This document shows positions 12,801-25,768 of a stretch of DNA of 64,000 nucleotides, piece after piece. How positions within the stretch are numbered: position 1 is the first letter of the stretch; each line of letters starts with the position of its first letter. The position numbers and the translations under genes are program-made. The notes below the pieces were generated by a model. That model ran no database searches. It saw only the letters and a program-made list of their open reading frames with translations, and was not told where the DNA came from. Source of the stretch: the human T2T-CHM13v2.0 reference genome, Homo sapiens; assembly GCF_009914755.1 (NCBI RefSeq), contig NC_060935.1. One strand, written 5' to 3'.

Positions 12801-15800
12801 AAAATCTTCACATAAATACTAGATGGAAGCATTCTCAGAAACTACTTTGTGATGATTGCATTCGACTCACAGAGCTGAACATTCCTATAGATAGAGCAGG
12901 TTGTAAACAATCTTTTTGTAGAATCTGCGATTGGAGATTTGGACTGCTTTGAGGCCTACTGTAGTAAAGGAAATAACTTCATCTAAAAACCAAACGGAAG
13001 CATTCACAGACAATTCTTAGTGATCATTGCACTGAACTAACAGAGCTGAACATTCCTTTAGATGGCGCAGTTTCCAAACACACTTTCTGTAGAATCTGCA
13101 AGTGGATATTTGGACCTTTCTGAGGATTTCGTTGGAAACGGGATAAACTTCCCAGAACTACACGGAAGCATTCTGAGAAACTTCTTTGTGATGTTTGCAT
13201 TCAACTCACAGAGTTGAACCTTGCTTTCATAGTTCAGCTTTCAAACACTCTTTTTGTAGAATCTGCAAGTGGATATTTGGACCACTTTGTGGCCTTCCTT
13301 CGAAACGGGTATATCTTCACATCAAACCTAGACAGAAGCATTCTCAGAATGTTTCCTGTGATGACTGCATTCAACTCACAGAGGTGAACAATCCTGCTGA
13401 TGGAGCAGTTTTGAAACTCTCTTTCTTTGGATTCTGCAAGTGGATATGTGGACCTCTGTGAAGATTTCGTTGGAAACGGGTTCATCTTCACAGAAAAACT
13501 AAACAGGAGCATTCTCAGAAACTGCTTTGTCATGTTTGTGTTCCACTTCAAGAATTGAACTTTCCTCTTGACAGAGCAGCTCTGAAACCCTCTTTTTCTA
13601 GAATCTGCAAGTGGACATTTGGAGGGCTTTGAGTCCTGTGGTGGAAAAGGAAAATCTTCACATAAAAACTAGATGGAAGCATTCTCAGAAACTACTTTGT
13701 GATGATTGCATTCGACTCAAAGAGTTGAACATTCCTATAGATAGAGCAGGTTGTAAACAATCTTTTTGTAGAATCTGCGATTGGAGATTTGGACTGCTTT
13801 GAGGCCTACTGTAGTAAAGGAAATGAATTCATCTAAAAACCAAACGGAAGCATTCACAGAGAATTCTTAGTGATCATTGCATTGAACTAACAGAGCTGAA
13901 CATTACTTTAGATGGCGCAGTTTCCAAACACACTTTCTGTAGAATCTGAAAGTGGATATTTGGACCTCTCTGAGGATTTCGTTGGAAACGGGATAAACTT
14001 CCCAGGACTACACGGAAGTATTCTGAGAAACTTCTTTGTGATGTTTGCATTCAACTCACAGAGTTGAACCTTGCTTTCATAGTTCAGCTTTCAAACACTC
14101 TTTTTGTAGAATCTGCAAGTGGATATTTGGACCACTTTGTGGCCTTCCTTCGAAACGGGTATATCTTCACATCAAACCTAGATAGAAGCATTCTCAAAAT
14201 GTTTCCTGTGATGACTGCATTCAACTCACAGAGGTGAACAATCCTGCTGATGGAGCAGTTTTGAAACTCTCTTTCTTTGGATTCTGCAAGTGGATATGTG
14301 GACCTCTGTGAAGATTTCGTTGGAAACGGGTTCATCTTCACAGAAAAACTAAACAGAAGCATTCTCAGAAACTGCTTTGTGATGTTTGTGTTCCACTTCA
14401 GGAATTGAACTTTCCTCTTGACAGAGCAGCTCTGAAACCCTCTTATTCTAGAATCTGCAAGTGGACATTTGGAGGGCTTTGAGGCCTGTGGTGGAAAAGG
14501 AAAATCTTCACATAAAAACTAGATGGAAGCATTCTCAGAAACTACTTTGTGATGATTGCATTCGACTCACAGAGTTGAACATTCCTATAGATAGAGCAGG
14601 TTGTAACAATCTTTTTGTAGAATCTGCGATTGGAGATTTGGACTGCTTTGAGGCCTACTGTAGTAAAGGAAATAACTTCATCTAAAAACCAAACGGAAGC
14701 ATTCACAGACAATTCTTAGTGATCATTGCATTGAACTAACAGAGCTGAACATTCCTTTAGATGGCGCAGTTTCCAAACACACTTTCTGTAGAATCTGCAA
14801 GTGGATATTGGGACCTCTCTGAGGATTTCGTTGGAAACGGGATAAACTTCCCAGAACTACACGGAAGCATTCTGAGAAACTTCTTTGTGATGTTTGCATT
14901 CAACTCACAGAGTTGAACCTTGCTTTCATAGTTCAGCTTTCAAACACTCTTTTTGTAGAATCTGCAAGTGGATATTTGGACCACTTTGTGGCCTTCCTTC
15001 GAAACGGGTATATCTTCACATCAAACCTAGACAGAAGCATTCTCAGAATGTTTCCTGTGATGACTGCATTCAACTCACAGAGGTGAACAATCCTGCTGAT
15101 GGAGCACTTTTGAAACTCTCTTTCTTTGGATTCTGCAAGTGGATATGTGGACCTCTGTGAAGATTTCGTTGGAAACGGGTTCATCTTCACAGAAAAACTA
15201 AACAGGAGCATTCTCAGAAACTGCTTTGTGATGTTTGTGTTCCACTTCAAGAATTGAACTTTCCTCTTGACAGAGCAGCTCTGAAACCCTCTTTTTCTAG
15301 AATCTGCAAGTGGACATTTGGAGGGCTTTGAGGCCTGTGGTGGAAAAGGAAAATCTTCACATAAAAACTAGATGGAAGCATTCTCAGAAACTACTTTGTG
15401 ATGATTGCACTCGACTCAAAGAGTTGAACATTCCTATAGATAGAGCAGGTTGTAAACAATCTTTTTGTAGAATCTGCGATTGCAGATTTGGACTGCTTTG
15501 AGGCCTACTGTAGTAAAGGAAATAACTTCATCTAAAAACCAAACGGAAGCATTCACAGACAATTCTTAGTGATCATTGCATTGAACTAACAGAGCTGAAC
15601 ATTCCTTTAGATGGCGCAGTTTCCAAACACACTTTCTGTAGAATCTGAAAGTGGATATTTGGACCTCTCTGAGGATTTCGTTGGAAACGGGATAAACTTC
15701 CCAGAACTACACGGAAGCATTCTGAGAAACTTCTTTGTGATGTTTGCATTCAACTCACAGAGTTGAACCTTGCTTTCATAGTTCAGCTTTCAAACACTCT

Positions 15801-18738
15801 TTTTGTAGAATCTGCAAGTGGATATTTGGACCACTTTGTGGCCTTCCTTCGAAACGGGTATATCTTCACATCAAACGTAGACAGAAGCATTCTCAGAATG
15901 TTTCCTGTGATGACTGCATTCAACTCACAGAGGTGAACAATCCTGCTCATGGAGCAGTTTTGAAACTCTCTTTCTTTGGATTCTGCAAGTGGATATGTGG
16001 ACCTCTGTGAAGATTTCGTTGGAAACGGGTTCATCTTCACAGAAAAACTAAACAGAAGGATTCTCAGAAACTGCTTTGTGATGTTTGTGTTCCACTTCAA
16101 GAATTGAACTTTCCTCTTGACAGAGCAGCTCTGAAACCCTCTTTTTCTAGAATCTGCAAGTGGACATATGGAGGGCTTTGAGGCCTGTGGTGGAAAAGGA
16201 AAATCTTCACATAAAAACTAGATGGAAGCATTCTCAGAAACTCCTTTGTGATGATTGCATTCGACTCACAGAGTTGAACATTCCTATAGATAGAGCAGGT
16301 TGTAAACAATCTTTTTGTAGAATCTGCGATTGGAGATTTGGACTGCTTTGAGGCCTACTGTAGTAAAGGAAATAACTTCATCTAAAAACCAAACGGAAGC
16401 ATTCACAGACAATTCTTAGTGATCATTGCATTGAACTAACAGAGCTGAACATTCCTTTAGATGGCGCAGTTTCCAAACACACTTTCTGTAGAATCTGCAA
16501 GTGGATATTTGGACCTCTCTGAGGATTTCGTTGGAAACGGGATAAACTTCCCAGAACTACACGGAAGCATTCTGAGAAACTTCTTTGTGATGTTTGCATT
16601 CAACTCACAGAGTTGAACCTTGCTTTCATAGTTCAGCTTTCAAACACTCTTTTTGTAGAATCTGCAAGTGGATATTTGGACCACTTTGTGGCCTTCCTTC
16701 GAAACGGGTATATCTTCACATCAAACCTAGACAGAAGCATTCTCAGAATGTTTCCTGTGATGACTTCATTCAACTCACAGAGGTGAACAATCCTGCTGAT
16801 GGAGCAGTTTTGAAACTCTCTTTCTTTGGATTCTGCAAGTGGATATGTGGACCTCTGTGAAGATTTCGTTGGAAACGGGTTCATCTTCACAGAAAAACTA
16901 AACAGGAGCATTCTCAGAAACTGCTTTGTGATGTTTGTGTTCCACTTCAAGAATTGAACTTTCCTCTTGACAGAGCAGCTCTGAAACCCTCTTTTTCTAG
17001 AATCTGCAAGTGGACATTTGGAGGGCTTTGAGGCCTGTGGTGGAAAAGGAAAATCTTCACATAAAAACTACATGGAAGCATTCTCAGAAACTACTTTGTG
17101 ATGATTGCATTCGACTCACAGAGTTGAACATTCCTATAGATAGAGCAGGTTGTAAACAATCTTTTTGTAGAATCTGCGATTGGAGATTTGGACTGCTTTG
17201 AGGCCTACTGTAGTAAAGGAAATAACTTCATCTAAAAACCAAACGGAAGCATTCACAGACAATTCTTAGTGATCATTGCATTGAACTAACAGAGCTGAAC
17301 ATTCCTTTAGATGGCGCAGTTTCCAAACACACTTTCTGTAGAATCTGAAAGTGGATATTTGGACCTCTCTGAGGATTTCGTTGGAAACGGGATAAACTTC
17401 CCAGAACTACACGGAAGCATTGTGAGAATCTTCTTTGTGATGTTTGCACTCAACTCACAGAGTTGAACCTTGCTTTCATAGTTCAGCTTTCAAACACTCT
17501 TTTTGTAGAATCTGCAAGTGGATATTTGGACCACCTTGTGGCCTTCCTTCGAAACGGGTATATCTTCACATCAAACCTAGACAGAAGCATTCTCAGAATG
17601 TTTCCTGTGATGACTGCATTCAACTCACAGAGGTGAACAATCTTGCTGATGGAGCAGTTTTGAAACTCTCTTTCTTTGGATTCTGCAAGTGGATATGTGG
17701 ACCTCTGTGAAGATTTCGTTGGAAACGGGTTCATCTTCACAGAAAAACTAAATAGAAGCATTCTCAGAAACTGCTTTGTGATGTTTGTGTTCCACTTCAA
17801 GAATTGAACTTTCCTCTTGACAGAGCAGCTCTGAAACCCTCTTTTTCTAGAATCTGCAAGTGGACATTTGGAGGGCTTTGAGGCCTGTGGTGGAAATGGA
17901 AAATCTTCACATAAAAACTAGATGGAAGCATTCTCAGAAACTACTTTGTGATGATTGCACTCGACTCACAGAGTTGAACATTCCTATAGATAGAGCAGGT
18001 TGTAAACAATCTTTTTGTAGAATCTGCGATTGGAGATTTAGACTGCTTTGAGGCCTACTGTAGTAAAGGAAATTACTTCATCTAAAAACCAAACTGAAGC
18101 ATTCACAGAGAATTCTTAGTGATCATTGCATTGAACTAACAGAGCTGAACATTCCTTTAGATGGCGCAGTTTTCTAACACACTTTCTGTAGAATCTGAAA
18201 GTGGATATTTGGACCTCTCTGAGGATTTCGTTGGAAACGGGATAAACTTCCCAGAACTACACGGAAGCATTCTGAGAAACTTCTTTGTGATGTTTGCATT
18301 CAACTCACAGAGTTGAACCTTGCTTTCATAGTTCAGCTTTCAAACACTCTTTTTGTAGAATCTGCAAGTGGATATTTGGACCACTTTGTGGCCTTCCTTC
18401 GAAACGGGTATATCTTCACATCAAACCTAGACAGAAGCATTCTCAGAATGTTTCCTGTGATGACTGCATTCAACTCACAGAGGTGAACAATCCTGTTGAT
18501 GGAGCAGTTTTCAAACTCTCTTTCTTTGGATTCTGCAAGTGGATATGTGGACCTCTGTGAAGATTTCGTTGGAAACGGGTTCATCTTCACAGAAAAACAA
18601 AACAGAAGCATTCTCAGAAACTGCTTTGTGATGTTTGTGTTCCACTTCAAGAATTGAACTTTCCTCTTGATATAGCAGCTCTGAAACCCTCTTTTCTAGA
18701 ATCTGCAAGTGGACATTTGGAGGGCTTTGAGGCCTGTG
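3826..18738 (+). repeat. Near-tandem duplication of a 9-HOR block, period 7,648 bp (copies about 3826-11090 and 11474-18738)
   Basis: Private variants recur in the same order at +7648. ORF variants pair as 4263/11911, 5963/13611, 6813/14461, 7662/15310, 8096/15744, 8946/16594, 9796/17444 and 10212/17860, including two 1-bp deletions (9x850-2). Confidence 0.95.
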
Positions 18739-21700
18739 TTGGAAAAGGAAAATCTTCACATAAAAACTGGATGGAAGCATTCTCAGAAACTACTTTGTGA
18801 TGATTGCATTCGACTCACAGAGTTGAACATTCCTATAGGGAGAGCAGGTTGTAAACAATCTTTTTGTAGAATCTGCGATTGGAGATTTGGACTGCTTTGA
18901 GGCCTACTGTAGTAAAGGAAATAACTTCATCTAAAAACCAAACGGAGGCATTCACAGACAATTCTCAGTGATCATTGCATTGAACTAACAGAGCTGAACA
19001 TTCCTTTAGATGGAGCAGTTTCCAAACACACTTTCTGTAGAATCTGCAAGTGGATATTTGGACCTCTCTGAGGATTTCGTTGGAAACGGGATAAACTTCC
19101 CAGAACTACACGGAAGCATTCTGAGAAACTTCTTTGTGATATTTGCATTCAACGCACAGAGTTGAAACTTGCTTTCATAGTTCAGCTTTCAAACACTCTT
19201 TTTGTAGAATCTTCAAGTGGATATTTGGACCAGTTTGTGGCCTTCCTTCGAAACGGGTATATCTTCACATCAAACCTAGACAGAAGCATTCTCAGAATGT
19301 TTCCTGTGATGACTGCATTCAACTCACAGAGGTGAACAATCCTGTTGATGGAGCAGTTTTGAAACTCTCTTTCTTTGGATTCTGCAAGTGGATATGTGGA
19401 CCTATGTGAAGATTTCGTTGGAAACGGGTTCATCTTCACAGAAAAACTAGACAGAAGCATTCTCAGAAACTGCTTTGTGATATTTCTGTTCCACTTCAAG
19501 AATTGAACTTTCCTCTTGACAGAGCAGCTCTGAAACCCTCTTTTTCTAGAATCTGCAAGTGGACATTTGGAGGGCTTTGAGGTCTGTGGTGGAAAAGGAA
19601 AATCTTCACATAAAAACTAGATGGAAGCATTCTCAGAAACTACTTTGTGATGATTGCATTCGACTCACAGAGTTGAACATTCCTATAGATAGAGCAGGTT
19701 GTAAACAATCTTTTTGTAGAATCTGCGATTGGACATTTGGACTGCTTTGAGGCCTACTGTAGTAAAGGAAATATCTTCATCTAAAAACCAAACGGAAGCA
19801 TTCACAGACAATTCTTAGTGATCATTGGATTGAACTAACAGAGCTGAACATTCCTTTAGATGGCGCAGTTTCCAGACACACTTTCTGTAGAATTTGCAAG
19901 TGGATATTTGGACCTCTCTGAGGATTTCGTTGGAAACGGGATAAACTTCCCAGAACTACAGGGAAGCATTCTGAGAAACTTCTTTGTGATGTTTGCATTC
20001 AACTCACAGAGTTGAACCTTGCTTTCATAGTTCAGCTTTCAAACACTCTTTTTGTAGAATCTGCAAGTGGATATTTGGACCACTTTGTGGCCTTCCTTCG
20101 AAACGGGTATATCTTCACATCAAACCTAGACAGAAGCATTCTCAGAATGTTTCCTGTGATGACTGCATTCAACTCACAGAGGTGAACAATCCTGTTGATG
20201 GAGCAGTTTTGAAACTCTCTTTCTTTGGATTCTGCAAGTGGATATGTGGACCTCTGTGAAGATTTCGTTGGAAACGGGTTCATCTTCACAGAAAAACTAA
20301 ACAGAAGCATTCTCAGAAACTGCTTTGTGATGTTTGTGTTCCACTTCAAGAATTGAACTTTCCTCTTGATAGAGCAGCTCTGAAACCCTCTTTTCTAGAA
20401 TCTGCAAGTGGACATTTGGAGGGCTTTGAGGCCTGTTTTGGAAAAGGAAAATCTTCACATAAAAACTGGATGGAAGCATTCTCAGAAACTACTTTGTGAT
20501 GATTGCATTCGACTCACAGAGTTGAACATTCCTATAGGGAGAGCAGGTTGTAAACAATCTTTTTGTAGAATCTGCGATTGGAGATTTGGACTGCTTTGAG
20601 GCCTACTGTAGTAAAGGAAATAACTTCATCTAAAAACCAAACGGAGGCATTCACAGACAATTCTCAGTGATCATTGGATTGAACTAACAGAGCTGAACAT
20701 TCCTTTAGATGGAGCAGTTTCCAAACACACTTTCTGTAGAATCTGCAAGTGGATATTTGGACCTCTCTGAGGATTTCGTTGGAAACGGGATAAACTTCCC
20801 AGAACTACACGGAAGCATTCTGAGAAACTTCTTTGTGATATTTGCATTCAACGCACAGAGTTGAACCTTGCTTTCATAGTTCAGCTTTCAAACACTCTTT
20901 TTGTAGAATCTTCAAGTGGATATTTGGACCACTTTGTGGCCTTCCTTCGAAACGGGTATATCTTCACATCAAACCTAGACAGAAGCATTCTCAGAATGTT
21001 TCCTGTGATGACTGCATTCAACTCACAGAGGTGAACAATCCTGTTGATGGAGCAGTTTTGAAACTCTCTTTCTTTGGATTCTGCAAGTGGATATGTGGAC
21101 CTCTGTGAAGATTTCGTTGGAAACGTGTTCATCTTCACAGAAAAACTAGACAGAAGCATTCTCAGAAACTGCTTTGTGATATTTCTGTTCCACTTCAAGA
21201 ATTGAACTTTCCTCTTGACAGAGCAGCTCTGAAACCCTCTTTTTCTAGAATCTGCAAGTGGACATTTGGAGGGCTTTGAGGTCTGTGGTGGAAAAGGAAA
21301 ATCTTCACATAAAAACTAGATGGAAGCATTCTCAGAAACTACTTTGTGATGATTGCATTCGACTCACAGAGTTGAACATTCCTATAGATAGAGCAGGTTG
21401 TAAACAATCTTTTTGTAGAATCTGCGATTGGACATTTGGACTGCTTTGAGGCCTACTGTAGTAAAGGAAATATCTTCATCTAAAAACCAAACGGAAGCAT
21501 TCACAGACAATTCTTAGTGATCATTGGATTGAACTAACAGAGCTGAACATTCCTTTAGATGGCGCAGTTTCCAGACACACTTTCTGTAGAATCTGCAAGT
21601 GGATATTTGGACCTCTCTGAGGATTTCGTTGGAAACGGGATAAACTTCCCAGAACTACACGGAAGCATTCTGAGAAACTTCTTTGTGATGTTTGCATTCA

Positions 21701-22340
21701 ACTCACAGAGTTGAACCTTGCTTTCATAGTTCAGCTTTCAAACACTCTTTTTGTAGAATCTGCAAGTGGATATTTGGACCACTTTGTGGCCTTCCTTCGA
21801 AACGGGTATATCTTCACATCAAACCTAGACAGAAGCATTCTCAGAATGTTTCCTGTGATGACTGCATTCAACTCACAGAGGTGAACAATCCTGTTGATGG
21901 AGCAGTTTTGAAACTCTCTTTCTTTGGATTCTGCAAGTGGATATGTGGACCTCTGTGAAGATTTCGTTGGAAACGGGTTCATCTTCACAGAAAAACTAAA
22001 CGGAAGCATTCTCAGAAACTGCTTTGTGATGTTTGTGTTCCACTTCAAGAATTGAACTTTCCTCTTGATAGAGCAGCTCTGAAAACCTCTTTTCTAGAAT
22101 CTGCAAGTGGACATTTGGAGGGCTTTGAGGCCTGTGTTGGAAAAGGAAAATCTTCACATAAAAACTGGATGGAAGCATTCTCAGAAACTACTTTGTGATG
22201 ATTGCATTCGACTCACAGAGTTGAACATTCCTATAGGGAGAGCAGGTTGTAAACAATCTTTTTGTAGAATCTGCGATTGGAGATTTGGACTGCTTTGAGG
22301 CCTACTGTAGTAAAGGAAATAACTTCATCTAAAAACCAAA
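18670..22340 (+). repeat. 2-HOR super-repeat, period 1,699 bp, about 2.1 copies
   Basis: HORs anchored at 18709, 20408 and 22107 share TTGGAAAAGG, ACTGGATGG, CTATAGGGAG and an upstream T-run deletion. HORs at 19559 and 21258 share GGTCTGTGG, GATTGGACAT, AATATCTTC and CCAGACAC. Confidence 0.9.
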
Positions 22341-25300
22341 CGGAAGCATTCACAGATAATTCTTAGTGATCATTGCATTGAACTAACAGAGCTGAACATT
22401 CCTTTAGATGGCGCATTTTCCAAACACACTTTCTGTAGAATCTGCAAGTGGATATTTGGACCTCTCTGAGGATTTCGTTGGAAACGGGGTAAACTTCCCA
22501 GAACTACACGGAAGCATTCTGAGAAACTTCTTTGTGATGTTTGCATTCAACTCACAGAGTTGAACCTTGCTTTCATAGTTCAGCTTTCAAACACTCTTTT
22601 TGTAGAATCTGCAAGTGGATATTTGGACCACTTTGTGGCCTTCCTTCGAAACGGGTATATCTTCACATCAAACCTAGACAGAAGCATTCTCAGAATGTTT
22701 CCTGTGATGACTGCATTCAACTCACAGAGGTGAACAATCCTGCTGATGGAGCAGTTTTGAAACTCTCTTTCTTTGGATTCTGCAAGTGGATATGTGGACC
22801 TCTGTGAAGATTTCGTTGGAAACGGGTTCATCTTCACAGAAAAACTAAACAGAAGCATTCTCAGAAACTGCTTTGTGATGTTTGTGTTCCACTTCAGGAA
22901 TTGAACTTTCCTCTTGACAGAGCAGCTCTGAAACCCTCTTATTCTAGAATCTGCAAGTGGACATATGGAGGGCTTTGAGGCCTGTGGTGGAAAAGGAAAA
23001 TCTTCACATAAAAACTAGATGGAAGCATTCTCAGAAACTACTTTGTGATGATTGCAACGACTCACAGAGTTGAAAATTCCTATAGATAGAGCAGGTTGTA
23101 AACAATCTTTTTGTAGAGTCTGCGATTGGAGATTTGGACTGCTTTGAGGCCTACTGTAGTAAAGGAAATAACTTCATCTAAAAACCAAACGGAGGTATTC
23201 AAAGACAATTCTTAGTGATCATTGGATTGAACTAACAGAGCTGAACATTAGTTTAGATGGCGCAGTTTCCAAACACACTTTCTGTAGAATCTGCAAGTGG
23301 ATATTTGGACTTCTCTGAGGATTTCGTTGGAAACGGGATAAACTTCCCAGAACTACACGGAAGCATTCTGAGAAACATCTTTGTGATGTTTGCATTCAAC
23401 TCACAGAGTTGAAACTTGCTTTCATTGTTCAGCTTTCAAACACTCTTTTTGTAGAATCTGCAAGTGGATATTTGGACCACTTTGTGGCCTTCCTTCGAAA
23501 CGGGTATATCTTCACATCAAACCTAGACAGAAGCATTCTCAGAATGTTTCCTGTGATGACTGCATTCAACTCACAGAGGTGAACAATCCTGTTGATGGAG
23601 CAGTTTTGAAACTCTCTTTCTTTGGATTCTGCAAGTGGATATGTGGACCTCTTTGAAGATTTCGTTGGAAACGTGTTCATCTTCACAGAAAAACTAAACA
23701 GAAGCATTCTCAGAAACTGCTTTGTGATGTTTGTGTTCCACTTCAAGAATTGAACTTTCCTCTTGACAGAGCAGCTCTGAAACCCTCTTTTTCTAGAATC
23801 TGCAAGTGGACATTTGGAGGGCTTTGAGGCCTGTGGTGGAAAAGGAAAATCTTCACATAAAAACTAGATGGAAGCATTCTCAGAAACTACTTTGTGATGA
23901 TTGCATTCGACTCACAGAGTTGAACATTCCTATAGATAGAGCAGGTTGTAAACAAACTTTTTGTAGAATCTGTGATTGGAGATTTGGACTGCTTTGAGGC
24001 CTACTGTAGTAAAGGAAATAACTTCATCTAAAAACCAAACGGAAGCATTCACAGACAATTCTTAGTGATCATTGCATTGAACTAACAGAGCTGAACATTC
24101 CTTTAGATGGAGCAGTTTACAAACACACTTTATGTAGAATCTGCAAGTGGATATTTGGACCTCTCTGAGGATTTCGTTGGAAACGGGATAAACTTCCCAG
24201 AACTACACGGAAGCATTGTGAGAAACTTCTTTGTGATGTTTGTATTCAACTCACAGAGTTGAACCTTGCTTTCATAGTTCAGCTTTCAAACACTCTTTTT
24301 GTAGAATCTGCAAGTGGATATTTGGACCACTTTGTGGCCTTCCTTCGAAACGGGTATATCTTCACATCAAACCTAGACAGAAGCATTCTCAGAATGTTTC
24401 CTGTGATAACTGCATTCAACTCACAGAGGTGAACAATCCTGTTGATGGAGCAGTTTTGAATCTCCCTTTGCTTGGATTCTGCAAGTGGATATGTGGAACT
24501 CTGTGAAGATTTCGTTGGAAACGGGTTCATCTTCACAGAAAAACTAAACAGAAGCATTCTCAGAAACTGCTTTGTGATGTTTGTGTTCCACTTCAAGAAT
24601 TGAACTTTCCTCTTGACCGAGCAGCTCTGAAACCCTCTTTTTCTAGAATCTGCAAGTGGACATTTGGAGGGCTTTGAGGCCTGTGGTGGAAAAGGAAAAT
24701 CTTCCCATAAAAACTAGATGGAAGCATTCTCAGAAACTACTTTGTGATGATTGCATTCGACTGACAGAGTTGATCATTCCTATAGATAGAGCAGGTTGTA
24801 AACAATCTTTTGTAGAATCTGCGATTGGAGATTTGGACTGCTTTGAGGCCTACTGTAGTAAAGGAAATAACTTCATCTAAAAACCAAACGGAGGTATTCA
24901 AAGACAATACTTAGTGATCATTGGATTGAACTAACAGAGCTGAAAATTAGTTTAGATGGCGCAGTTTCCAAACACACTTTCTGTAGAATCTGCAAGTGGA
25001 TATTTGGACTTCTCTGAGGATTTCGTTGGAAACGGGATAAACTTCCCAGAACTACACGGCAGCATTCTGAGAAACTTCTTTGTGATGTTTGCATTCAACT
25101 CACAGAGTTGAAACTTGCTTTCATAGTTTAGCTTTCAAACACTCTTTTTGTAGAATCTGCAAGTGGATATTTGGACCACTTTGTGGCCTTCATTCGAAAC
25201 GGGTATATCTTCACATCAAACCTAGACAGAAGCATTCTCAGAATGTTTCCTGTGATGACTGCATTCAACTCACAGAGGTGAACAATCCTGTTGATGGAGC

Positions 25301-25418
25301 AGTTTTGAAACTCTCTTTCTTTGGATTCTGCAAGTGGATATGTGGACCTCTGTGAAGATTTCGTTGGAAACGGGTTCATCTTCACAGAAAAACTAAACAG
25401 AAGCATTCTCAGAAACTG

Positions 25419-25768
25419 CTTTGTGATGTTTGTGTTCCACTTCAAGAATTGAACTTTCCTCTTGACAGAGCAGCTCTGAAACCCTCTTTTTCTAGAATCT
25501 GCAAGTGGACATTTGGAGGGCTTTGAGGTCTGTGGTGGAAAAGGAAAATCTTCACATAAAAACTAGATGGAAGCATTCTCAGAAACTACTTTGTGATGTT
25601 TGTGTTCCACTTCAAGAATTGAACTTTCCTCTTGACAGAGCAGCTCTGAAACCCTCTTTTTCTAGAATCTGCAAGTGGACATTTGGAGGGCTTTGAGGCC
25701 TGTGGTGGAAAAGGAAAATCTTCACATAAAAACTAGATGGAAGCATTCTCAGAAACTACTTTGTGATG
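25419..25768 (+). repeat. 6-monomer (1,020-bp) HOR structural variant: 170-bp duplicated A-type monomer, copy 1
   Basis: XbaI sites only 170 bp apart (25491 and 25661). Hybrid junction AGAAACTA-CTTTGTGATG-TTTGTGTTCC at 25589-25598. Confidence 0.96.
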
